Source: Macrostomum hystrix
Taxonomy: Eukaryota; Animalia; Platyhelminthes
Direction of reading: 5' to 3'
NCBI GenBank assembly: GCA_950097015.1
Contig: CATNEN010000007.1
Coordinates: 9,982,001 to 10,046,000 of the forward strand
DNA length: 64,000 nucleotides
Part shown: one piece after another, positions 1 to 12,749 of the stretch
Position numbering within the stretch: the stretch's first letter is position 1
Layout: each line of letters starts with the position of its first letter
Program-made: the position numbers and the translations under genes
Notes under the pieces: model-generated
The model's database searches: none
Told to the model about the DNA's origin: nothing
What the model saw: the letters and a program-made list of their open reading frames with translations, nothing else

Positions 1-283
1 GACGATTGGAGGGCTTGGGGTGGCGAGATCGGAATGATGAGGAATGGAAACTGGGCTGGACATAGTTGCGGAGCCAGGGAGCGACTTGTCGGTGGTCCGG
101 TGAGCGAGAGTGTCATTGCGGGAGAGCTGGTGATATTGTAAAACTAGAGCAGTCGTAGAATTGTACTGCGCAATGGTGGAGTAGTGGTAGAGAGGATGAA
201 CGAGAAAGGGAAGAGGGAGAGGGAAGATTTGGAGATTTGAGATTTATCGATTGTGAGAGAGATTAAGAGATTGTGGGAGAAGG

Positions 284-474
284 GGAGAGTGGGAGAGTGG
301 GAGAGTGGGAGAGTGGGAGAGTGGGAGAGTGGGAGAGTGGGAGAGTGGGAGAGCGGGAGAGTGGGAGAGTGGGAGAGTGGGAGAGTGGGAGAGTGGGAGA
401 GTGGGAGAGTGGGAGAGTGGGAGGGTGGGAGAGTGGGAGAATGGGAGAGTGGGAGAGTGGGAGAGTGGGAGAGT
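284..474. repeat. 8-bp tandem repeat (GGGAGAGT)n
   Basis: Direct reading, about 24 copies. Confidence 0.97.
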
Positions 475-795
475 GAATAGAAGGGGTAGAAAGGAATATT
501 TTGTTGGGGAGTAATGTTTTGGGATCAAATGTTCAGCTTGTCAGTCAAGGCGCAGGCCTGCCCATTCGATCAAGCCGTGTCAGGGTCAGCCGCCGCAAGT
601 CATTTCGACATGGTGGACATGCCGGCCGCAGTCGGGCAGCCAGAGCCTTAGGAAAGCTGCAGAAGGCGCGGATTTCATGACAGGCCTCAGAAACCCTCGG
701 ATTTGACACAGGGTCAGTTTCTCCAGCCCGCTTGTTCTTGCGCACTTTGCGGGCATCCGCGCAGAACATTTTGCCGGCGAAAGCCAGTTGGCAAG

Positions 796-1303
796 GTAAG
801 GCAAAATTTGTGGGAATTGAAGGCGGGACAAGCTGGGATATTCGGCCGGCTTCACAGCAACCTCCGACACCGCGTGGCGGTGGGCGAAATGGAGTGAATT
901 TGCGGGGGATAATCAGAGGGGCGGTGGCTGGGATCCGCCAGTGTGGAAAGAGTTTTGCGGCCTCGGCCTTCTTGTCAGCCGCAGCAGCTGGCGGAGGCGG
1001 AAAGGAGGCCGCAGATAGTTGCCGGGCCCGCACTGTCAGCAGGCTGCTGGGTGGAGCCGAAGTCGCCATTGCGGCCTAATGAGCAGATATCAATCGCCAG
1101 GGATTAGCCCCGCCCGCCTCCGCCCAGTGCTCCCACCCTCCGTGCCTCCGCGCAGACGAGCTTGGCGGGCGCTGCCACCAGGAGGAAGAGACGGGAAAAT
1201 GATTTTCGAGTGGCGGGGCGAGCCTGCAACTTTTGTTGGGCCTCCAATGAATTCCTTTTTAGCGCTCAGCCGAGTTTTCTCCTCTCCTCATCCCCTACTC
1301 CAG
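796..1303 (+). other. probable 5-prime UTR intron of neurexin
   Basis: Strong donor AAG|GTAAGG at 796. Long polypyrimidine tract ending CTCCAG| at 1303, 320 nt upstream of the ATG. Confidence 0.5.
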
Positions 1304-1623
1304 ATGAGTCCAGATGGGCCGCAAAACATGGGGACAAAATTGAAGTAATTCACTGCGAAATCAGGCAGGCTGTATGGAGTGAATTCGGCAGGCAAATTTG
1401 GGCCAAGTCTCGCTTGCTGAATCTAGAGGGATTTGCAGTCGGCACGGCAGCCAATGGCACCGCTCGGCAAGTCCCTGGCCAGACTGGCCACACCCCACAT
1501 CCCATATTGGGATCAACAGAGACGCCAGGTGACCCGCGAAACGGCAGCACACTCGGAGCTTCCGGCAGCCAGCAGCGCGAAATCTTTTGAAAAAAGCTGT
1601 TTGCAATCCAACTTCATCAGATA

Positions 1624-2401
1624 ATGCCGCTGCTGCCGCTGCTGCTGTTGCTCGCGTCACCATGGCAACAATCGGGCCTCTGCCTAGCTACCGATCAAGC
1701 GGCCTTCACAGCCACCATGACTGGCAACGCCTCCTACCTGGAGCTGCCCGCCTGGCGGCCGTGCATCAACGCGAGCCTCTCGCTGGAGTTCCGAGCTTCG
1801 AAGTCCTCCGGCTTGCTGCTGTACACCGAGCTGGGGCCCGGCCTCTTCCTCAACCTCAACTTATTCGAGGGCCGCCTCCAGCTGTCGCTCAATCTGGAGT
1901 CCAACGCATCGCAGGCCATAGGGCCGCTGGTTGCAGAGGCCGGGCGCGACCTCCACCTGCCGGCGACCGGGTTTCAACGGGTCGCAGTCTCTGTCAGCTC
2001 CGGCCGGGTTGCCTTCCGGCTGGGCAACCGGACCCAGACGCTGACGCTGCACAATCCGGCGGCGCAGGCGACGTCAGGGGCGGCGGCTCCTGGCGGCCCG
2101 GTGTTTCTAGGCGGCCTGCCGAGCAATCTCAACCACGACGGGTCCAGCCGAGCCTTCATCGGCGTGGTGTTCCAGGCCAGGTTCGCAGGCAGCGTGCGCA
2201 ATGTGCTGTACACCGACTGCGCCACCGGGCGGCTTAGTGCGCCAGGCATCCTGCGTCGCCAGAACAGCCACCTGCGCCGACTGCCGCCAACTTGCGATGA
2301 GGCCACCGGCTGCCTGAACGGCGGCCTCTGCCTCGTGGGCGACGACAACAAGCCGTTCTGCTTCTGCCCAGATGCCTACGTTGGACCGCGATGCGAGAGG
2401 C
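1624..2401 (+). CDS. Nrx-1: alpha-neurexin coding exon 1: signal peptide, LNS1, EGF1
   Basis: MPLLPLLLLLASP signal peptide. Laminin-G motifs (SLEFRASKSSGLLLY, VFLGGLP) and EGF CLNGGLC...CFC...YVGPRCE. Donor C|GTGAGT at 2402, phase 1. Confidence 0.92.
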
Positions 2402-3595
2402 GTGAGTTTTAGTTCCTGTTTTCTGATTGGCTGGAAGGCACTATTTGTGATAAATGGGACGTGGCACTCCGTCATTGGCTTGCCAGGGGACGAGATTCTG
2501 TCTGACGTGGCGCTATCCTATTGGCTGGTTGAAAAACTGGCTTTTTAGTATAACTTTTTAAAGTTCTACTTGAACTTTCCCTTTTTTTTGAGTAGGTTCT
2601 TGAGTAGGTTCTTGAGAAGGTTCTTGAGAAGGTTCTACTTTATTCCGGGTGTTTCTGTGCCTCAAACTAGCTCCAGCCCGTCCCGCTTGTTATTAGCGCG
2701 GCCCTGGGGCAGTCGGAAGCCCCTGAAAACACCGTGCAATTATTCTTCCTTCCTTCCCAGTCGGCTCCAGCAGTGAGAGAAAATGGGCCAGCAGAGAAAG
2801 AAGGCGGAGAAGATGATGAGATTGACCGGCGCGCTGGCCCCCTCGCTGCTGGCAGGGCCAGGGAGGAGGTGTTGCGTGACACCGGCTGATTTGAGCCCTC
2901 GGAATGGGCTGGGCGGTGGGAGGGCCGGCCGCGTGATGAGGCAGGAAGCTGGGCCCGGGGCCGGACCGAGGACGCTATGATTTTCGAAGCCAGGCAGAAA
3001 AGGAGAAGGAGAAAGTGGGTAGAGGGAAAAGTGTGGAAATCACTCTCGGAGCAGATGAGGGCCGGCCCGGCGCGTTCCCTCATTCTCACACTTAATTTTC
3101 GCCGACACTGCAACTGGGTGGCTGCCAGCATCTCCCAGACCCGCAGTTTCCGCGCCTCCCCTCGCCCGCATCGATTCCGCCCGGGCAATCGCGCGGGGGC
3201 CTTTGAGCCCCGTCTTTTCTCTTTTTTCCTCCTGCGGCTGCTCCGCCCGCTGCCGCCGCTTCCATTCGGAGAGTATCGAACTCGGCCGATCAATGAATTC
3301 CCCAGCAGCTTCAGCAGCCGCTGCCGTCTTCTTTCTTCCGCTTCTGAGGAGGCGAATTGGGGATTCTTTGGCAGAAGGAGGTCACGCGACCCGAGGGGGC
3401 ACTAAATGTAATGGGATATCGGCTGCTGCTGCCCTGGCCTGGAGGGGGTCAGAATGATTTCTGTCTTCACAGGTGATGCCGCAAGGACTTTGGAATGGTG
3501 AATAGAGCCGCGGACCTTCAGCTAACAGCTGAAAGCGAAACGTCATCCGCACACCCGAACACTATTGCAGTCCCTTAAACTGTTTTGTGTTCACG

Positions 3596-3624
3596 GCAGC
3601 AGCAGCAGCAGCAGCAGCAGCAGC
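3596..3624. repeat. (CAG)n microsatellite
   Basis: About 9 uninterrupted triplets in neurexin intron 1. Confidence 0.9.
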
Positions 3625-4569
3625 GGGTTCCACAACAATTTGTGCGCGACGTAAACGCATCTCGCGTCTTCCTCCCCTTCCCACTCTAAACATCCCACTT
3701 TCTCTCCTCCGCTGCTGCTGATTTGAAAAGCCGAGATCCCTTCTGTAAATCTCCCGGCAGCATTCCGCACTCGGCATCCCCGGCAGGGTGGCTGCGGACG
3801 GTCCGGCAGGACTTCTAGTGGGGATTTCGCCGCAATCCCATCTCCTCCCCCCGCAGCACCGGGGGCTTTCCCTGTTTGGGATCTGGCCTCCGCTGCTGAA
3901 AGCCTTGCCCAGTCCGCAATCCCAAGTCTTTGGAGGGGATAAATCTCCCACTGTGGCTGCCTGATGCGCACCTTGGAGATTCCGTGTTCCCCCTGGTCAC
4001 CGGATCGGGCTCGGACCGAACACGCATTGCTCAGAGCCGAGCGAGCCGCCCGTTCATCAACCACCCCGCCGACACCGCCGGCCCCGAGCAGATGCAGCAG
4101 CCGCAGTGTCTCGAACTCTTTAGCCAAATTGACCGATCGTCTCCCAGACTGGGTTGCCGATTCTCTGCGGGTGGCGCCTTGCTTTGAGCACACTCCCTGA
4201 GAACTGCTCAGAGCGGTGTCGGCTCAGTAGCGGGCCCTCCTGAGAGCCCCGCCAGCTGCAGTTTAATGAAGCGGCTCACGCGGACTCGCTTCACCCCAGC
4301 CGTGGGCCATCATTACCGGAGTCGCGTCCGGGATCGCCCAGCGTGATTTCTCCCGCTTGAAAGCGCCCGCCCTGGGAAAGCCGGCAGCAGTGCTTGTCGC
4401 CTCGCCCCACTCCCCAAATCTCTAGAATTCTCCCCATCTTTGTCTTCTTCTTTACTCTCTTTCTTGCGCTCTTCGTTGACCTCTTAATGAGTCGTCTCTC
4501 TGCAACTCATTTCTCTCCCTGCGATCACAGATTTGCGACTCTCTGAAACTATTCTTAACATTGCATCAG

Positions 4570-4926
4570 CTGTAGAACAGGGGATCTGTAGAACAGGGGA
4601 TCTGTAGAACATGGATCTGTAGAACATGGATCTGTAGAACATGGATCTGTAGAACAGGGGATCTGTAGAACAGGGGATCTGTAGAACAGGGGATCTGTAG
4701 AACAGGGGATCTGTAGAACATGGGATCTGTAGAACATGGGATCTGTAGAACAGGGGATCTGTAGAACAGGGGATCTGTAGAACAGGGGATCTGTAGAACA
4801 TGGGATCTGTAGAACAGAGGATCTGTAGAACATGGGATCTGTAGAACAGGGTATCTGTAGAACAGGGTATCTGTAGAACTGGGGATCTGTAGAACAGGGG
4901 ATCTGTAGAACAGGGGATCTGTAGAA
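4570..4926. repeat. 16-bp minisatellite (CTGTAGAACAGGGGAT)n
   Basis: Direct reading. Confidence 0.96.
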
Positions 4927-5744
4927 AAGGGGAGCTGGGGAGCCAGCAGAAGCAGGAAATGCGTCACCCCTCAAGGGGATCGCAGAGGTTGCCAGGTAGA
5001 TTGTCGCAGCAGTTTACCTTGATAAATGCAGAAAAATCGTCTTTCATGCGCCGGCCAGCCAATTAACCGCCCGCCAGTCAGCGCGCCAGTCAGCGCTGGG
5101 ATCTGGAAAGTTTGCGCAAGTCCTAGATCCCCCGCCCAGATACGCAGCGGGAGCGAGCGAGGGAATCCAAGTCGAGCTGCTGCGAGGGCCAGCGGACAGG
5201 GGTTTCCAGGAATCCACCGGAGCCGTGATTTCGTACAAAGGAAAACTCCTCCTTTCCTGGGATCGTAGATTTCCCAGCCAGCCGAGCTCACCTGGTGTCC
5301 CCAGAGACGGTTGCTGGGCGCGCGGAGGTACGCGAATGACAGGCAGCGCAGCGCTGAATTTACGATTTACGCCATCCAGAAGCCCCGCAACGAGAACGAC
5401 GACTTTGAGGGTCGGCAGTGGATTGTGGCGGCGGCCTGTGCAGGGACGCTAATGGACCGGGGGCTGGTGCAGGCTCACATTCATTTCCCAGTCGCGACAC
5501 CCCAGTCTCTCAGCTACTCCTGAATTATGCGCTCACGAAGCGTCCAAAGCACTGCTCGGCCTGCCACTGTCGCCAACTCCACAGAGTTTGCTTACTCTGT
5601 TTTGCACTTATCCCAGATAACTCGCTGTCTAGCAATGCTTTTTTCATTGTATTTTTCCCACCAACTGGGAATCCGCACTCCCCCTGATATTCTCACACCC
5701 ACCTCCGCCCCACCATGCGTCTCTTTGCCCCTCTCCCATACTAT

Positions 5745-6612
5745 TTCTCCCCTACTGTCTCTCCCCTACTGTCTCTCCCCTACTGTCTCTCCCCTACTGT
5801 CTCTCCCCTACTGTCTCTCCCCTACTGTCTCTCCCCTACTGTCTCTCCCCTACTGTCTCTCCCCTACTGTCTCTCCCCTACTGTCTCTCCCCTACTGTCT
5901 CTCCCCTACTGTCTCTCCCCTACTGTCTCTCCCCTACTGTCTCTCCCCTACTGTCTCTCCCCTACTGTCTCTCCCCTACTGTCTCTCCCCTACTGTCTCT
6001 CCCCTACTGTCTCTCCCCTACTGTCTCTCCCCTACTGTCTCTCCCCTACTGTCTCTCCCCTACTGTCTCTCCCCTACTGTCTCTCCCCTACTGTCTCTCC
6101 CCTACTGTCTCTCCCCTACTGTCTCTCCCCTACTGTCTCTCCCCTACTGTCTCTCCCCTACTGTCTCTCCCCTACTGTCTCTCCCCTACTGTCTCTCCCC
6201 TACTGTCTCTCCCCTACTGTCTCTCCCCTACTGTCTCTCCCCTACTGTCTCTCCCCTACTGTCTCTCCCCTACTGTCTCTCCCCTACTGTCTCTCCCCTA
6301 CTGTCTCTCCCCTACTGTCTCTCCCCTACTGCTCTCCCCTACTGCTCTCCGCTACTGTCTCTCCCTTGATATCTCTCCCCTACTGCTCTCCCCTACTGTC
6401 TCTCCCCTACTGTCTCTCCCCTACTGTCTCTCCCCTACTGCTCTCCCCTACTGCTCTCCCCTACTGTCTCTCCCCTACTGTCTCTCCCCTACAGCTCTCC
6501 GCTACTGTCTCTCCCTTGATATCTCTCCCCTACTACTCTCCCCTACTGTCTCTCCCCTACTGTCTCTCCCCTACTGTCTCTCCCCTATTGCTCTCCCCTA
6601 CTGCTCTCCCCC
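5745..6612. repeat. 14-bp minisatellite (CTACTGTCTCTCCC)n
   Basis: Perfect 5-prime part, degenerate 3-prime part. Confidence 0.97.
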
Positions 6613-7599
6613 AATATCTACGGTTGCCATCTGAAATGTTGCTGGTTTTGCTGTCACGCATCAGTATTCTCCCAGTCCCGCTCACTCATTCAGTCAGCAG
6701 GTTTGGGCACGCAGGGCACAGCGGGTCTTGCAATCCCATCTAAAACAAGTTGTCTCGACTGGGATCATCCGGGGTAGCCGAGGTGAGCGGCCAGTTCCTT
6801 CTCTTGAACTTTCTCCACTCCCTTCTCTTTCTTAAAACAGCTCCCACAGCTGCCTCACAAACGGCGGTCCCATTCCTACAGGACCTGGGCCCGGCCTAAA
6901 CAAATTGATCCGCCCGGCCCTTCTCCTAATCTATTAAGTGCAATGCAGACGAGCGCATTAGGAAAAGAGAAACAGAGAGACAGAGAGACAGAGAGGAGAG
7001 AAGGCGAGATGTCCCCAGGTTGCAATTTACATTTTGGTTCCTATCTAATAGTGCAAACTATGCCATGCTTGACACTGTAAAATTATAGGGCAAGTTGAAT
7101 TTGCTTTCCAAATGCTAACACAATGTCATAAAGAATGACCACAGACTCTCGTTAACGTTTTTTAAACGCTTTCGTAGATAAAGTAGAACAAAAATATGCG
7201 AATCACTCTTTGATGCCTACTGACAGTAGGCTAATGCTGCGCTGCTATTAAAAAATGTGTGGTCCGCTCGGTCTCGTGCGCGCTGTTTGCCCTGTCCGAC
7301 CGGACAAGAATGTGGAGTGGAGAGGAAATTGGTGGGGAAAAGATTCCCTACACAGGCTGGGGCTCCAGAGCTTTTTTGCGATTTCGTGACCGTTTGGAGC
7401 ATTCCGGAGCGGCCTGTCTGAGTGACCGAGCCGAGACAGCGCATGCCAACTCGCCGTAGGGCTGGCTGACGGCAAATTTCTTTAGAGACAGGCGGACCAG
7501 CACTGGGCGATAGTGCCGGCCACCCGCACTTTTACTAATTTCTGGCTCGCTAACCCCCTGGCTGGGTTTCGACCTTTTCTGCTTCCTCAGCTCCCTGAC

Positions 7600-8655
7600 C
7601 CACTCTGGACTCTCACTCTAGACTCTCACTCTAGACTCTCACTCTGGACTGACACTCTGGACTGACACTCTGGACTCCCACTCTGGACTCTCACCCTGGA
7701 CTGACACTCTGGACTGACACTCTGGACTCCCACTCTGGACTCCCACCCTGGACTCCCACTCTGGACTCTGGACCCTGGACTGACACTCTGGACTCACACT
7801 CTGGACTGACACTCTGGACTCCCACTCTGGACTCCCACTCTGGACTCTGGACCCTGGACTGACACTCTGGACTCACACTCTGGACTGACACTCTGGACTC
7901 TGGACCCTGGACTGACACTCTGGACTGACACTCTGGACTGACACTCTGGACTCCCACTCTGGACTCCCACTCTGGACTCTGGACCCTGGACTGACACTCT
8001 GGACTCACACTCTGGACTGACACTCTGGACTCTGGACCCTGGACTGACACTCTGGACTCACACTCTGGACTGACACTCTGGACTCACACTCTGGACTGAC
8101 ACTCTGGACTCCCACTCTGGACTCTGGACCCTGGACTGACACTCTGGACTGACACTCTGGACTGACACTCTGGACTCACACTCTGGACTCACACTCTGGA
8201 CTCCCACTCTGGACTCTGGACCCTGGACTCTGGACCCTGGACTGACACTCTGGACTGACACTCTGGACTCCCACTCTGGACTCCCACTCTGGACTCTGGA
8301 CCCTGGACTGACACTCTGGACTGACACTCTGGACTGACACTCTGGACTGACACTCTGGACTCCCACTCTGGACTCCCACTCTGGACTCTGGACCCTGGAC
8401 TGACACTCTGGACTCACACTCTGGACTGACACTCTGGACTGACACTCTGGACTCCCACTCTGGACTCCCACTCTGGACTCTCACCCTGGACTGACACTCT
8501 GGACTGACACTCTGGACTCTCACCCTGGACTGACACTCTGGACTCCCACTCTGGACTCTGGACCCTGGACTGACACTCTGGACTCACACTCTGGACTGAC
8601 ACTCTGGACTCTCACCTTGGACTCTCACAGTGGACTCTCACCCTGGACTCTCACA
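7600..8655. repeat. 13-bp minisatellite (CTCTGGACTGACA)n with variants
   Basis: Direct reading. Confidence 0.96.
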
Positions 8656-10066
8656 CTGAGCCATAGCTGATAGAGCTGTCAGCCCTCAGTCAGGTCAGCT
8701 GAATTCAGTTATGCTTGCTCACCAGCTCAGCCAGTTGAAAGCCATTGAATTCTTAGTTTTCCTGGAATAAAACCCCATTCATGGCGGTATGAATGGGCCA
8801 TTCAGATCTCTTCTCTTTTTTAATCTTCATTCTTGAGTCTTATCAAATTGCCTGAGGAAGACTCAATTCAAATCCCGCTGAAGATTGGGCTGGCACAGGA
8901 AGGGGGAGGGTGACTTGTGGGAAAAGGGAAACGGGGAAAAGGCACAGAGACAAGCTTGGGAGTCGAGTGAAAGGGAGGAGAAAACGCCCACTTCCGCTCC
9001 CCAATTTCTGCGCTGATCGGGCAGTGGATACCGGGGATCGGGTCCCGCTGCCAAAACATCCGCCCGCAAATTCAAAGGGGAATTCAGTCGGGCTGAATTG
9101 TTCCCAAATCCCAGACCGCAGATTGCATTCTCCCTGCCATTCTGCGCTCAACGCTAGTGCGCTAGACCCGGGTCCAGCACCGGGGGACAAGGCAGGGCTC
9201 GTTTTATGGCGGGAATTTAGATTCGGTGTCAATGAGCTCAGTCCCATCCAGATGGTCGATGAGCACTTTAGGGCCCTTAAAAATATCTGAACTCTGAACT
9301 GAACTAAACTGAACTCTGGTGAAACTGAACTATCCCGAAACTGAACTCACCCGAAACGAACTGAACTCCTCATAAACTGAATTCGCAAGAAACTGAATTC
9401 CTCAAAAACTGAAATCTCCCGAATGTACTCGTAGGTCCTAAAAACATTAACTCAACCGAAACTGAACTCAAAGTGAAGTCTTGCACAATTCCTGTCTGCT
9501 ATTGTTTTTTTCGGGCCTGTTCTTCGTTCTCATCCTCTTTCTAGCATTCAACTCCAAAGACTTCAATAACGAAGTGCCGTCCCGAATGGCCCGGCGGCCG
9601 GAGCCAGGGCGAACAGCTTGTTCAACTTTGACGGCGGCCCAGAGAAAAAAGCAGCAAAAATGAAAGCGTTTTCTGCCAACACGGCGCCTGTCCGCCAGGC
9701 CTGTCAAGCCGCTAATGACCGGACAGACTCCGAGAAATAATAAGACTTTCCTCAGGCTGCCGCTTATTGCCAGAATGGGGCGAGCCAGCCTTTGAGGATA
9801 ATCAGAACCGGAGGAGGTGGGGCCGGCGGGGAAGAAAAATGGGCCTTCAAAAAAGTTTTCTCCAAGTTGTCCGCCAGCAGAAAATGATGACTTGCGAATA
9901 CTGGGCTCGGCGGGGCTGGGGGCCGCAGCGGCGTGAATCATTTGCCTGCGAACCCGAAAATTGGCTGTGTTTATGGCCGGGCCGGCCCTCTTTGAGGACT
10001 TTGGACGCCAAGGATTGGGAAGAAAAAGGAGGCTGAGACAGAGCACACGGGAGGCAGACAGAGGCC

Positions 10067-10918
10067 GCCTACCCTCTGAGGCATGAGAGAAAGATAAGCC
10101 TGTTAGTAGCCTACCCTCTGAGGCATGAGAGAAAGATAAGCCTGTTAGTAGCCTACTCTCTGAGGCATGAGAAAGATAAGCCTGTTAGTAGCCTACTCTC
10201 TGAGGCATGAGAAAGATAAGCCTGTTAGTATCCTACTCTCTGAGGCATGAGAAAGATAAGCCTGTTAGTATCCTACTCTCTGAGGCATGAGAAAGATAAG
10301 CCTGTTAGTAGCCTACCCTCTGAGGCATGAGAGAAAGATAAGCCTGTTAGTAGCCTACCCTCTGAGGCATGAGAGAAAGATAAGCCTGTTAGTAGCCTAC
10401 TCTCTGAGGCATGAGAAAGATAAGCCTGTTAGTAGCCTACCCTCTGAGGCATGAGAAAGATAAGCCTGTTAGTAGCCTACTCTCTGAGGCATGAGAAAGA
10501 TAAGCCTGTTAGTATCCTACTCTCTGAGGCATGAGAGAAAGATAAGCCTGTTAGTAGCCTACCCTCTGAGGCATGAGAAAGATAAGCCTGTTAGTAGCCT
10601 ACTCTCTGAGGCATGAGAAAGATAAGCCTGTTATTAGCCTACTCTCTGAGGCATGAGAAAGATAAGCCTGTTATTAGCCTACTCTCTGAGGCATGAGAAA
10701 GATAAGCCTGTTAGTATCCTACTCTCTGAGGCATGAGAAAGATAAGCCTGTTAGTAGCCTACCCTCTGAGGCATGAGAAAGATAAGCCTGTTAGTAGCCT
10801 ACTCTCTGAGGCATGAGAAAGATAAGCCTGTTATTAGCCTACTCTCTGAGGCATGAGAAAGATAAGCCTGTTAGTATCCTACTCTCTGAGGCATGAGAAA
10901 GATAAGCCTGTTAGTAGC
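10067..10918. repeat. 40/42-bp minisatellite (CCTACTCTCTGAGGCATGAGAAAGATAAGCCTGTTAGTAG)n
   Basis: About 21 copies. Confidence 0.97.
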
Positions 10919-11436
10919 TTGAGACAGGCTGAGAATTGGAAGCTGAGAATAGCAAAAAAGGAGAAGCCTGTGAAAAGCAGAAAATTTAAGGTAGCAGCTT
11001 CGATGCAAACAATTAATTATGGACGTTGTTAATTTGTTCTGGTGAATGATGCCGCATTTCAAGCCTTCCGATTCAGTGCCACGAAGGAACCGCGAGACGC
11101 TGTGGCTGAAACGGTTCAGCGGGAAATGGCTCCTCATTGGCTGAACTGGCGATTGGCCGATCGCCCACGGCAAAGCAGAGAGCTAGTGGGATTTCGGCCA
11201 GGGTGAGGAGAGGAGGGGCCGGGACCGGGACCGGATTAAGAAGGCTTCCTAAAAACAGGCGAGTGTTCAGTTTTCTGCCAACTTTCCCCGCCGCAAACCT
11301 GCCGAAACACTTCCAACCATTGTGACTGGGACTTGCTGCACCACTAGCGCGGGGCAGATCCCAGAGCTTTAATTCGATCTCGGATCCCAGCAACTGGTGC
11401 TACCTGACTCACCTGCGGCACCGGGGGGCGCCAGCG

Positions 11437-11500
11437 ATGCCGCGGTCCGTTCTGAGGCTCTGCCTGCTAGCCCTGATGGCCCAAACCGCATGGCAGCTCG
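11437..11500 (+). CDS. candidate alternative first coding exon of neurexin (second signal peptide)
   Basis: ATG with G at -3, MPRSVLRLCLLALMAQTAWQL, donor CG|GTGAGC, phase 1 matching exon 2. Two ATTGG (inverted CCAAT) boxes about 300 nt upstream. Confidence 0.6.
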
Positions 11501-11619
11501 GTGAGCAGGGGGGTAGGTTTCGGCCATAGACATTCTCGAGCAAGAGGGGCTAAAAGTACAACTACTAATAGTAAAATCTTCAGCAGCAAGCAAAAGTGCA
11601 ATTCAGAAGAGAATTCCAA

Positions 11620-12749
11620 CCTTAGGTAGGTTCCATCTCCCAATCCTCAGGTAGGTTCCATCTCCCAATCCTGAGGTAGGTTCCATCTCCCAATACTCAG
11701 GTAGGTTCCATCTCCCAATCCTGAGGTAGGTTCCATCTCCCAATACTCAGGTAGGTTCCATCTCCCCAATCTTCAGGTAGGTTCCATCTCCCTAATCCTC
11801 AGGTAGGTTCCATCTCCCTAATCCTCAGGTAGGTTCCATCTCCCAATCCTCAAGTAGGTTCCATCTCCCAATCCTCAGGTAGGTTCCATCTCCCCTATCC
11901 TCAGGTAGGTTCCATCTCCCAATCCTCAGGTAGGTTCCATCTCCCAATCCTGAGGTAGGTTCCATCTCCCAATCCTCAGGTAGGTTCCATCTCCCAATCC
12001 TCAGGTAGGTTCCATCTCCCAATCCTCAGGTAGGTTCCATCTCCCAATCCTCAGGTAGGTTCAATCTCCCAATCCTCAGGTAGGTTCCATCTCCCCAATC
12101 TTCAGGTAGGTTCCATCTCCCCAATCCTCAGGTAGGTTCCATCTCCCCAATCCTCAGGTAGGTTCCATCTCCCAATCCTCAGGTAGGTTCCATCTCCCCA
12201 ATCCTCAGGTAGGTTCCATCTCCCAATCCTCAGGTAGGTTCCATCTCCCAATCCTCAAGTAGGTTCCATCTCCCCAATCCTTAGGTAGGTTCAATCTCCC
12301 AATCCTCAGGTAGGTTCCATCTCCCAATCCTCAGGTAGGTTCCATCTCCCAATCCTCAGGTAGGTTCCATCTCCCAATCCTCAGGTAGGTTCCATCTCCC
12401 AATCCTCAGGTAGGTTCCATCTCCCAATCCTCAAGTAGGTTCCATCTCCCCAATCCTTAGGTAGGTTCAATCTCCCAATCCTCAGGTAGGTTCCATCTCC
12501 CAATCCTCAAGTAGGTTCCATCTCCCCAATCCTTAGGTAGGTTCAATCTCCCAATCCTCAGGTAGGTTCCATCTCCCAATCCTCAGGTAGGTTCCATCTC
12601 CCAATCCTCAGGTAGGTTCCATCTCCCAATCCTCAGGTAGGTTCCATCTCCCAATCCTCAGGTAGGTTCCATCTCCCAATCCTCAGGTAGGTTCCATCTC
12701 CCAATCCTCAGGTAGGTTCCATCTCCCAATCCTCAGGTAGGTTCCATCT
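11620..12749. repeat. 25/26-bp minisatellite (GTAGGTTCCATCTCCCAATCCTCAG)n
   Basis: About 45 copies. Confidence 0.97.

Noticed and set aside
3473-3497. Possible SS1 microexon after TCTTCACAG
   Set aside because: 25 nt, not frame-preserving, with a mediocre donor.
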